Below are positions 10,961-22,110 of a stretch of 64,000 nt of DNA, piece by piece. The position numbers were made by a program, and so were the translations under genes. The DNA is from Vicugna vicugna. Taxonomy: Eukaryota. The first letter of the stretch is position 1, and each line of letters opens with the position of its first letter. Where the stretch lies: assembly GCA_013265495.1 (NCBI GenBank), contig MU062133.1:4665819-4729818 (forward strand). Direction: 5' to 3'. Below the pieces are notes generated by a model. It saw only the letters and a list, made by a program, of their open reading frames with translations. It was not told the DNA's origin and did not search any database.

Positions 10961-11444
10961 ATAAGCATTTTGTCCCTGTGACCCCAGAGGTTATTCAGAC
11001 CTTTTGATCTTGCCTACCTAGAGCCTGGCTCCCCAGCTGCCATCATGGGCCTGCCCCCCACCACCCGGAGGGTGTGCCCATCGGGTGACAGGGCCCCAAG
11101 CATGGACGAGCTTAGCTAACGGGATGGGGGGGCTTGGAGACCAGTGTGGGGCGGGTTCTTGTGGGAGGTGCTTCAGTCTTTCTCTTCCACAGGGCCCTCT
11201 CTTCTCAGAATGCAAAAGCCAGAGGGCCCTGGGGCTTCTTCCTTCTGGGAAGGGACGAGAGGGGCTTTCGCTAAAGCCTCTGATCTTCCACAGGCCCATC
11301 CTGCTCTTGGCTCCAGCACACTTCCCGGAATTCTCCTTGGCTTGTTGTCCCCGGAATGTTCTTGCCTCCCTGATCCCGCACTAATGCAATACTTCCCGTC
11401 CCTGTAAGGCAGGCAGTGACAGCCCCTTCCCCTCACACCAGGTC

Positions 11445-11550
11445 CCGCATGACTGTGAGCTCCTTGAAGGGGGACACCATGTTTCCTTCCTTGTGAGACC
11501 CCTGCTCCTGTCATGTGCCTCCAGCAGGTGCCTGCATCAACGATCGGGTA
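11445..11550 (+). mobile_element. L2 3' end
   Basis: 'gactgtgagctccttgaagggggacacc...cagcaggtgcctgcatcaa'. Confidence 0.65.
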
Positions 11551-12409
11551 GCGTGTAGACATTTTAAGCCGGGGGTAGGGTGACTTGTGATATTTTTAGG
11601 AGCTTTATAGACTAGACAGGAATAAATGTGGCTTATGGACCAAACGCTTCTGAATCAAATTCTTTGGTTGAGTGGGGGTAAAGGTATTTCAGAAGGGTTT
11701 GAGTGAGTTTTTTGAAACATCAGAAGAACTAAATCATACGCTCACTTACTCATATGAACAAATATTGAGCACCTTCTCCAGATAATTATTAAATGGCTCT
11801 TACCGCTGGGAATGCAGAAAGGAAAAAGTATCTTAATCCCTGTACTTGACAGGTTCCCAGTCTGGTGGTGGTGACAGGTACCCAGGGAGGATGGCATGAC
11901 CATCAGGGGATATGATGACAGGTAGACCCTTATGCGTCCTGAATTCTACATAAGGAGAGAAGGGGCTGGACCTTAAAGGGAGGGGAAAGCTTATTGAGAC
12001 AGATGTAAAACGTTCACAATAATACATTTATTAAGCAAGATTGTATATCCTAGGAGAATTAATCCATTTCCTCCAAAGTGAAGAATCTCAATTCAAATTC
12101 CAATGAACGGCTTCGAGAAAACAACACTGAAGCATCAAACAGCAAGTTAAATACAGCCTTTTCTGTCTGCCTCTAGACAGCCGGACGCACTTTACTGACA
12201 TTTGTCTCTGTGCCTCTCCAGGAAATCCGGGCTCGCCCATAGGCAGCTTGCCCACCACAACTGCCTTTGCTCTGTGCCAACTCCTTAGCAATCTACCTCT
12301 TGAGCTCCCTCGGCAGTGGGGTGGAGTTTGTTGTTAGTCTATCTGCTGCTTCTTTTCAGCTCAGATTTAGTACTGTCTCAAAGGTAAGCTTAGGTTCTTT
12401 TATTAACAC

Positions 12410-12760
12410 ACCCGTTCATTCATTCATTCATATTCAATCAATAATCTGTTCTTTGTCAGTCATTTTGACTTATTCATTCTGTGAATACTTTACTATGTGC
12501 TTGGAACTGTGTTCGGTTCAGGAGATATAAAATGAATGCACGTGGTGTCCACCCTCAGGCACATTATTTTAATGCGGGTCACTGACAGTTCCACCTGGGA
12601 AGTGCTGTGATGAAGGAAATCCCATGTATTAGGGAACCCTATCTGGGGGTATTCAAGGAAGACAAAACTTTGCTAGACTAGCTTATACTTGAACAATTCT
12701 TGAAGGTCAAAGAATTAGCCAGGTAAGGAAAAGAAGTGAGGTGGAGAATCGCGTTTGAGG
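12410..12760 (-). mobile_element. L2 LINE fragment
   Basis: 'ttcattcattcattcatattcaatc...aatactttactatgtgcttgg...ccctcaggcac'. Confidence 0.65.
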
Positions 12761-14339
12761 TCAGAAGGAAGTCGGGTTAATGAGGAAGATGCTGGGAACA
12801 GGAGATTAGAGCAGGAACCCAGGGCAGCCCAGAGTGGGCTCTGGTCCTTGTTTCTGAATGGCCCTGGGAGCACGGGCATGTGTGGTCCTTCTGCTGGAAC
12901 CTCCCACTGTGTCCCGTGTTGGCTCTGGCTCTGACCACCACCTCTGGAGAGAGGTTGCCTCCTGATGCTCTGGGCACCACCTCTGTGCATGCCACTTTCA
13001 AACAGGACTTACCTTTGTCGTTTGTTAAACGCCCTAGCAACACACAGAAACCTCACCATCCTCCAAAATGCTGCATTGTCTGTGTAGATAATTTCTGAGA
13101 ACATTTCTGGGCTTCAAATAGTTCTGTATTCTGTCGGGTGGCATCCTCCACCTCAACCCCCACCCCCCTGCCATATGCGGATAGATGCCTCTGAACGTGC
13201 TGTCTGGATCTGAAGCAAAAAGATAATTATTTGCCTTTCTCATAAGGAAAAGCTAATTACTAGAAGGAATCCCAGCATAATTACACAGTTAGGCTTTGTG
13301 TCTTTGTACACATCGCTTCCTGACAAAGATGTCCCAGTTAGCCTGTAGCCATTTGGAGGAGGAGGGGGCGATCATTTCTGGTTCTTTCCATCTTTCCTAC
13401 CCTGTTGCCTGCCCCTGACTGATGGCCCTGTAAGGCAGGTAAACAGAGTTAGGTGCCTGGGTGACAGGACACAGAGTGTAGTGCCCTGCAGGGTGTGGTC
13501 TCCACAGTAACCCTCTAAGGGAGTCACGGGGTGTTCCACAGGTGTGTCTTGGTGCTCAGGGGGGCACGTCACTTACTTGGGGTTTCCTAGACCCCTTGGC
13601 CACACTCCCTGTGCTGCTCGGGGTCCCTTTGCCTATAAGAGTTAGAGCTGAAATTCGAAGCTAGGTCTCTGGTTGGAAAGTTTGCCCCTTTCCCTAGGCC
13701 AATCTCACTGCTGGGAGTTAACTTGGATGTTGGGGTGCCCCATGCAGAGTGGCAGTGTGTCCAGGAAGGGGAGGAAGAACTTGCTTCTCAGCGTGGCCAG
13801 GCCTGGCTGGCGGGCTCTGTCGGGGAGGGCAGGGCTGGGCTAGGGCTGCACCAGGGCTAGGAAAAGAGGGAACTTTTCAACGTGATTGAACACTTGCTAG
13901 GTGTTCACGGGGAGAAGTGTCTCATCTCTGATGGGGGTGTGTATCAGGGGTGTGGCCCATGGTGGGGGTGTCTCACCAGTGGACCTTCACTCTCCCAGTT
14001 CAGACGATGACCATCTGATGGGGAGGAAAACCTCCACAAAGTAGGACCTGCAGGCCATGAGATATGCATGGTTTTCTCCACAAGGAGAAACAGGCCAGGG
14101 AACAATGTGAGGTTATTCCAAAGCAGAGGACGGGGCAAAAAATTGAGCACAGGCCAATGTGCTCTGCCACCAGAAGTGAATCCCATATGAGGTGGGGGAC
14201 ATTCTGTGGAGTGAGCAGCAACCACGACCATGGTCTCCTAGACCCACCGCCATCTCTCCTCTGGAGGGGAAAGGGATCGACTGAGGTGATTTTAAAGCTT
14301 CCTTCCTGTTTTGACACTCTGTGAGTCAGCATTTAAAAT

Positions 14340-14860
14340 ATATTTAAACATTTATGATGCTGTTTGGACACATCTATCGAGGACCTTAACCCCTTTGTAC
14401 TCTCTGACCTAGTGATTCCGCTTCATGAAATCTTCCCAAAGGCAATCTACAAACGAGTATGCTCATTACAGCATTGTTTACACCAGAGAAACATTGGGGG
14501 CAACCTAGAGATCCAACAAGAGGGGATTTACCAGGTCAACTGTGTTCCATCCTCACAATGGGTTTTTATACAGTTATTGAAGGCATCCTTATGAAGACTA
14601 TAAAAACAGAGTGAAATGGTTATGTGGTGACATTGAGGGCTATGTAATAGTGCTTTTAGCCACGAATATTTAAAAACCCACACAGTCTCATAGAGCTGAA
14701 GACACAATTCTGCACAGAAAAAAAGAAAGAAGCATTCATGTTAGTCTTTGATTGATGGGACTGCTGGGGATTACAAAATTCATTTTACTTTTCTAATAGA
14801 GAAGAGAAACATTATTAATATGTTTTAAAAATTAAAATGCAAACAGTGGCAACAAAGATA
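14340..14860 (+). mobile_element. L1ME-like 3' fragment
   Basis: 'tgacctagtgattccgcttc...cattacagcattgttt...ggcaacctagagatcc' is a degenerate L1 ORF2 C-terminus/3' UTR. Confidence 0.6.
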
Positions 14861-16121
14861 ACAGCAAAAACTCCAGTATATGAGCCAGATGATTCTCACT
14901 CCTTTTCTGAAAGTTGGCAATTACAGTTGGGTCCATGACTAGGGGGACGGCAGCTTCTGGCCTCAGCAGAGTGCCCGGAGGAGGACAACCGTGCAAAGAA
15001 ACCCTTGACACAGTGGGGGCTGGTGGGGGTTGGTGGGCGCTGGGTCCCAGCCTGGAGGGTAGGGTTTCTCAGGGAAATCAGTTCCAGGCTCTGACGGAGG
15101 CAGCCTGGGGTAACAGTGAGTCCCCGGCACCTGTCAGGACCTGCAGGACCCAGCACTGACTGACATGAAAAAAGTTGTGAAAGTCTGTCTATCCAGGGTT
15201 TTGTGAAATGTTAAAATGGCTTCACTTCCATCTTTAAACAGCTTGGTAAACAGTGGAAGCCCAGGGTTCTCACAGCAGTGCCTAGAATTTGGGTCACAGA
15301 TTCAGGCTCATATCCTGCTTTGACTTCTAATTCTCTCTGAGACCTTGGGTTTCATCCATCAAAGAAGGAATTACAACGCAGATCCCAAAGAGGGAGGCAC
15401 AGAGATTTCAGGGAGGTACTGTCCGCTAAGTGCCCGACTCAGAGGAAGAACTCAGCTGGCATCTGCCGATGCTTCTTGGCTGACTCTTGCTGCTTCCGCC
15501 TTTGTTGGTGAGAAAGTGTGTCTCTGGTTGTGAGCACTTGCTGTGATGATCTCAGTTTTAAATTGGCCAGTTGGATTAATGACCCGGCCTAGGAAGCCGC
15601 CCGCATTGTGTGAGCAAACACTAAATTAGTCCCACAAAGGAAATTGCTTTACTGACATCCTGCACTGACACTAGGAAGAAGGTCCCCCTCCCCCGCAGAC
15701 AAAGCCGAAAGCCAATCGCCAGGGTTTCACAAGGTCTGAGAACTGGAGGCAAAACCAGCGTCTACAGTGGCCGGCAGGGCTCCCGGGAAGGGGAGTGTCT
15801 GCGCCTTCTGCTCTGGTCTTCCACCTGCCTGGCCCCAGTTCAGTGAATGGTTTTAGATTCCTTGGATGTAAGCAAAACCTCCCCAGTATTACCAAAAGGG
15901 GATTTCACAAAGGTTGATGACACGTGTTTTCTGAGCAGATGGCTCTGAGAAGCCCTGGGAGCCCCCAAGATGACCCAGTAATCTGGAGGCTTAGATGGCA
16001 AGGATTTGTGACTTACGAGGGAGGCTGCCGTGTCTAGAAAGACCAACCTGATTAATACCTGCCACTCCATCACGACAGTTCCGACGCTCGGAGCCTCGCT
16101 GGTGCGCTGGCTTCATGGTCC

Positions 16122-16123
<2 letters not shown>

Positions 16124-16184
<61 letters not shown>
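16124..16184. repeat. (ATCT)15 tetranucleotide microsatellite
   Basis: Perfect ATCT array. Confidence 0.98.
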
Positions 16185-16326
16185 CCATTGTATCATTTTA
16201 TTTTATTTTACCTTGGTGGGGGCAGGTAATTAGGTTTATTTATTTTTAGAGGAGGTACTGAGGATTGAACCCAGGACCTCAAGCATGCTAAGCATGCGCT
16301 CTGCCACTTGAGCTATACCCTCCCCA
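16124..16326 (-). mobile_element. Camelid tRNA-Ala-derived SINE with (TAGA)15 tail and TSD
   Basis: Reverse complement reads 'ggggagggtatagctcaagtggcagagcgcatgcttagcatg...gggttcaatcctcagtacctcc'; perfect 13-bp TSD CTTCATGGTCCTT at 16111-16123 and 16327-16339. Confidence 0.92.
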
Positions 16327-16534
16327 CTTCATGGTCCTTTTTTAAAAGGTAAACTTTCTTGGGAAGGTCAGATCCTATGCTATGATTAGCAACTGCTGTA
16401 GGTCAGGTTAAAGGGGCCACGTAAGGATAGGTGCTGGCTAGGTGCTGAGAAGTAGGGCCAGGCAGAAGACCAGGAGACACCATAGACCATCCTTCCTTGA
16501 TCCCCTGGAGTTTGGGTTTTATCCACTTTTAAAT

Positions 16535-16970
16535 TTAGTGTAAGTTAAGGCCTAAAGTGAGATTATGATCAAAGTAGGAGAGAATCCAGGAGGTCATCTC
16601 TAAGGAGAGACAGGCAGGAATGGGATGGGGTGAGTGAGATGTGTGTACATGATGAACAATGTGAGGAGCGTCAGCTGTTCGCCCAGGAAATGGGTATGTT
16701 TGTGTGGCTGAGATGACATCCAGAGCCACCTTCTGATCCGGATAGTTTGCCTTCTTAGGGTCCAACTCCTGGGAAGGAATCCAGTGATGACCCTCCCTGA
16801 GAGTTGCAGCTGTGGTCCAGGTCCTGAGCCTTCCGCCCTGCCTGTCAGCAACAGCAGGCTTCACCCACTGCCGTGGAGAGGCTGCTTCTGGTGTGCTGAT
16901 CTCTTGTGGACTCTAAAGCACTGGTTGTCATAGCGTCAGGATGGACTGAAGAAAGAGAACCTGGAATTGC
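16535..16970. mobile_element. Possible ancient ERVL-type LTR (LTR16/LTR33-like)
   Basis: 'cagcaacagcaggcttcacccactgccgtggagaggctgcttc...gtgtgctgatctc' is reminiscent of ERVL LTRs; family uncertain. Confidence 0.3.
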
Positions 16971-17049
16971 TGCAAGGTCGGATTCATTATCACACGGCTA
17001 CGCATACACTTACACGCGAAGCTGTCATCTCCTTGTCTGGTCCAGGTGC

Positions 17050-17200
17050 CCCCCTGCATGTCTGAGCCATAATTCTGAGATGGGGAGACTGAGGCTCAGT
17101 GGCAGCAGCAACTTGTTCCCTGCTGGTCCCAGAAAGAATTAAACAGAGTCTCTAAGTCTTTGTTTCCTTGACCTCCAGCCCCACGCTCTTCTCACTGTGC
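17050..17200 (-). mobile_element. MIR fragment
   Basis: 'gagatggggagactgaggctcag'. Confidence 0.6.
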
Positions 17201-18229
17201 CCCCCGACCTCTGATCACACCCCCAGGCAGAGCTCCTTGGCATTTCCTGCCTCGTGTGTACAATTGTGAGGATTTATTGTGGCCGGGATTTTGTTTCAAG
17301 CTTTTAATATGATTAGCAAACATCAAATATCAAAAGCTTATCTAGTAAACACCTCCCGTCCGTGCCATGGATGTTATGGTCAGCTCCGGATTGAAGTCGA
17401 GTCACATTTCAAAACAGATGCAATTTCAAGAGGCCAGAGCAAGGCCGCCCACATCTGCTGGCTGTGATCTTTCGTGTGCAGTAAATGGCATTGTTGGAGA
17501 GCTTGGCTGTAAAACATCAGACTGGTCAGCAGGACCTGCTTACAATGCCTGGGAGCTTTCCGGGGGATTTTAAAAATGCAGCTGAGCACGCTGAGTCTGG
17601 GGGGCAGTCTGCTGGGGCAAGAACAGGCTGTCCGCTTAGGGCTGGGATGTCCAAATCAAATATTTATTATCTTTGACCAAAATTTAAAAGTGATACGATT
17701 AGGAGCAGCAGGGTTACCAGGAATAATTCCAGTGCGAGCAGAGAGAGAGAGAGGGTGAGCATTTGTGAAACAAGACGATGGTGTCCTCCGTATCTCTCCA
17801 CTGAAGCCAAAGGAAGTACACTTCTGTCCTTGCCCTAGACATGAGATCAAAAAAAGTTATTTTTCCTACTTGTAAGTAAAAGCGACCCATGAACCTAGGG
17901 CATGCTCAGTGTGTGTTGTCCCTCTGGTCCATGGGTATGGTGGCTAAATGCAGTGCTTTTTCTTGTACGTATCAGGACCAGAGGTTGGGGTCTGCCTGGG
18001 GCCCACTGAACTCTCCGGCTTCAGGGAGGCAGGGTGTGTGTGTGTGTTTGTGTGGACATGCATGTGCGTGGGAGAATTTGAGTGTGTGTGAGTGCCAATC
18101 ACTGCAACGCAGCCACCGCCATCACCCCAGCAGCTTTCTGTCTACTGCTCACATGGGAAGAAGGAGACACTCTATCTGGGGGACTAATGTTTCTCCGGGC
18201 GCCACAGTCCGTGGATTTGAGTGACCCAT

Positions 18230-18460
18230 TCCAGCTGTTCCGGTGGCAGCTCCGAAGCTGGCCGGAGCCCGGCGGGGTGGCAGGGTGGGTTAGACCGTGG
18301 AAAATGCGTTCCTAATGGAGCAGCAGCTGCCACCGGCAAGGGCTCGGGGAGTTGGTGTAACGAGAGAAATTGCTCTTTGCTGTGAGGTCTGGCCGATTTC
18401 ACCCATAAATGGAGATTTGCTGCTTCCAACAGGGGAGGCATTTATTTGTTTGGGTTCCTA
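18230..18460. promoter_or_regulatory. Candidate enhancer with CArG box and E-boxes
   Basis: CAGCTG 18232-18237 and 18324-18329, CCATAAATGG (CC[A/T]6GG) 18403-18412, FOX-like TATTTGTTT near 18443; CpG retained. Confidence 0.4.
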
Positions 18461-19449
18461 GAAGCTGATGAGGAGGTGGGGCTGACCCAGTGAGCAGGTT
18501 AGCGAGCACTCCGTCGGGAATCACTGCGATGGCGTGCTCAGGGTTCCAGCGGGGGCCGAGCTGGGCTGATCCAGGTCCCACCTGCAGTCACAGTGTTCCT
18601 GAAGATGCAGGTTGCCTGGGTCTCTCAGGATCAACCCCGGTCACTGTAGGTGCTGTGGAATCTTGGAGGGCGTGTGAACAGAGAGAGGAGGGCGGGCTCA
18701 TTACAGTGGGACGGTGGAACAGTGAGACGGTTTCATCCTCAGATACAACAGCCAGTGGTTGAGGTTATTGGCATCATGACACAGGCTATTGCTCAGTTTG
18801 GTGAGGATTTCATTTTTCTTTAATTCAGTTTTCAGGGTTTTTTTTTAAAAATCAAAGTTATGCATGCATGTATTGTGAAATATTCTGCAAGTTTTCTTAC
18901 GAAAGGCACATCTCCCTCCCTGTTTCCTTTTTCTCAGAGGTGGTGACTTTAACTCTCTTAGTTGACCCTCATCATCTTCCTTCCCTTCTTCCAGTGACAG
19001 ATTAGTTCTTGCTGTGACAGTTTTAGGAACACTTTGTGGGCTTCCCACTACGGAAGATGAAAACTTAACTTCTTTTGTGACCGTTGCCTTTTCCAACATC
19101 TGTTGATGGAAACGTTGCCTTCCTCCCTTCTGCTACAACTTTAGGCGGGGATGAGGAAAAGGGTAGAAGAAACAGAATATGGAACCCAGACACCACATCC
19201 AAGGGAAGATAGAATTATTTCTCAGTGAATTCTGGCAAGTGTGGAGTTTGGGGCTGAAACTATCCATGTAAAGGATGCTTGGTGCCTGCAGACTCCAAAG
19301 CCATCTGACATCTTCCACCAGATAGAGAGTCTTTAGGAAAGCTGCCTGTTGGTAAAGTGTGTCATTCTTCACTTTTCTATCTCTGGTGATGCTGTGTGAA
19401 AGAAAACCTAGCTGGGATTAGAAACACACTTTCCTCAGAGCTCAGAAGA

Positions 19450-19770
19450 CTCCGGAGAGGTATGCAGGGGGCATATAAATAATGAACGAACTATGGCAAA
19501 TGCATTAGAAGTGAGCCATCTGTTCCTGCTGCAGAACAGACCCATGAAAATAAGATTCTGACCACAAGGTCCTAGAGGAGGAAAGGACCTGTTTGCATTT
19601 ACGACAGGCACCACACGGGGCCCTGTGCTTGGCATAAAAGTGGGTGCCCAAACTCCATTTCTTCAGTAAATGAAAGAGCTTGTTTCGCAGGCGAGTAAAC
19701 TGACAGTCAAAGGCTGAAAATGACACGCTCCAGGACCCGCCATGGATTAATGGCCGAGCTGGTGGAGGAT
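19450..19770. promoter_or_regulatory. Candidate posterior-HOX/MEIS/bicoid-type enhancer
   Basis: TTTACGAC 19598-19605, CATAAAA 19633-19639, TGACAG 19701-19706, TCAAAGG 19707-19713, GGATTA 19744-19749. Confidence 0.35.
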
Positions 19771-19799
19771 CCATGTGCCCTCCCTGCCTCCATCGTCCC

Positions 19800-20640
19800 C
19801 TCGTACTGACTTACTGAGGACTACTCAGGCCAAGCATTGTGTTAAGCACTAAAGAGTAAAAAGCCGGAAGACCAGACTCCAAGCCAAAGGAGCTGAGTCT
19901 TGTCAGGAGACAAATGAACAAACAATTCAGGAGAGTGTGGAGCGTACCATGATGGCATCAAACTTACGCGAAGCTACTTTGGGAGGACAGGGATGGGGGA
20001 TTAATCCCGATTAGGGATTGAGGAAGGCTTCCCTGAGAAAGTGATATTTGAGCTTGATCATAAAGGAAGAACACACGTCATCTAAGACGTGTATGGTCAG
20101 CCCTTCATTATGTGATCGCGTGACAGAATGTGCAGGGACCACCGGGTGGGAAGACTCTAGAGGCCAGAGGCCAGGGGGGGAGACCCGAGCACCTATTCAG
20201 GTGGGAGGTGACATGGGCTTGAACAAACGGGACAGTGGCCAGGGAACAAGAGAGGGAAGATTCAAGAAACACTTCGGCAGAAGAACTGGCACGACTCAGC
20301 GATTGGCTGGAGGCAGGTGGAAAAGGGAAGATGTAGACTGACTCCCAGATTCCTGACTCAGCTTTCCTGGATGGCGATGTCATTCACAAGGAGAGAGAGC
20401 ACAAGAGATGAGGGATGTTTCCGGGGAAAGAGGATGAGCTAAGGTTTGAATTTGCAGTTTTGACAGATAAGAAACCTGTTGATAATGTTCAGTGGGCAGT
20501 TGGGTTTGAAAGGCTGCCAATACAAGAGAGAGCACTGAAGAGAGGTCAGAAGCTAGGCTGCCTGCTGAAGCTGTCTGCAAGGGGGAATCCAGAGATATAG
20601 GAGGAACGCTGTCAATGAGAGAAGAGACTTCAGGAAGGAG
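19800..20640 (-). mobile_element. L2 LINE, long fragment
   Basis: 'cttactgaggactactcaggccaagcattgtgttaagcac...aggaaggcttccctgagaaagtgatatttgagc...gatgagctaaggtttgaatttg'. Confidence 0.75.
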
Positions 20641-21749
20641 AGGATGGGCAGGGTGTCTAACGTAGCAGGAAAGTCTGGGAGGGAAAGGACTGATAAAGCC
20701 CTTGGGGCTTGGGAATATGGAGTTGGTGAACTTGGTGAGGGCAACGTCAGCGGGATGGTGAGTGGCGGAAGCCCTTGGGCAGCACACTTCTGTGCCATGC
20801 AGGAACTCTGTGGCCTCGGGATGAACAAGATCGATCAGTGGGCCTTGAGGTTAGCCATCTGCCATCCTGGATTCTTGGGACCCACTGAAGAACTGCCCTA
20901 GAAGACCAGAGGATGGTAAATCCTTTCTGTGGGATTCCAGCTCCGATGAGAGCCAAGCCAGTTTGGTGAAAGAATAGGGCCCATTTCTGCTTTCTGGTGA
21001 CCCTACGCCCTGGTCAATTATTTTTCCTTTTGACTCTGACTGGTATATACATGTATGAGCATCCAGTGGTTAACGTTTGCTGCTGCTTCTGGTGGAGTTC
21101 ACCCAGCATGAGACGCTGCAGAACCAGAATGCAAGGATTCTGTGCGACAGAATTTATTTTAACTCAGGAGCTCTCCTTCTTGCTGATGTGAAGACAGGTA
21201 AATGGTTTTATTTCTATTCTTTGGTAAATCAATTAGAAAATCCTCTTGCATGTGTAGTCTCTAAACCTTGGAAGAGGAGCTCACATTTATTCTTTGGCTG
21301 AGAAAAATGAATGACATAGACCTGAGCAGGGGGTGGCTATGTTATAAGGACTTCTGCTTGTTTATCTCATAAGATATTTAGATGCCAAGTAAATAAAGGA
21401 TACGTGTTTTCCACAGATTATTTCCAGATTTTCACTCATTTAATAGTTTCCATGGTGGAGGATGGGGTTGGAGAGTCAATTCTGACTTTGGCCCAAATGA
21501 CACTTAAACTTTTTCCTTAAAACTCTGCTTCTTCCAAAAAACATTGGAGACAATTTGTAGTATGCATGTCAATGAAAGAAAACTATTAACAAATTTAAAA
21601 AAAGCAAAGGAAGGATGTGAATCTCCCAGAAGGAGGAGAAAGGAAAACATAACAGGTCATTGGGCAAGTGAGGAATGCCTTTGGCTTTGAGCCTTTTGAT
21701 CTTGAGGCAAGAAGCTTGGCCATCCCTGTCATAATCACAGAACATGGAT

Positions 21750-21830
21750 GGGGTGGGCATAGCTCAGTGGTAAGAGCGCATGCTTAGCATGCACAAGGTC
21801 CTGGGTTTAGTTCTCAGTATCTCCATTAAA
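21750..21830 (+). mobile_element. Camelid tRNA-Ala-derived SINE, head plus poly(A) only
   Basis: 'ggggtgggcatagctcagtggtaagagcgcatgcttagcatgcacaaggtcctgggttt...tccattaaaaaaaaaaa'. Confidence 0.88.
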
Positions 21831-21939
21831 AAAAAAAATCACATAAAAATATGACCAGTAGTGACTAGAGATTACGTAACTGCATGCTTAGCTAAAAGGA
21901 TAGAGCTGGTATGGAGGATGTGAAGCCCCCGGGTACTGG

Positions 21940-22110
21940 GGTCCGGCTTTGTGAAGAAGTGGACATCACTTTTCTTATTCAATTGCTTCATTACACATAT
22001 GGGGAAACTGAGGCCCAAGAGGTGAATACATTTGCTCAGTTGTGGTCCAGTTGATTGGTGAACCAGGACGAAATTCTGGATCTCCCACCTGCTTGTCCGT
22101 CTATAGTGAT
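21940..22110 (-). mobile_element. MIR SINE
   Basis: 'catatggggaaactgaggcccaagaggtga'. Confidence 0.7.

Noticed and set aside
17551-17561. NF-kB-like GGGAGCTTTCC
   Set aside because: One base longer than the GGGRNWYYCC consensus; not a clean site
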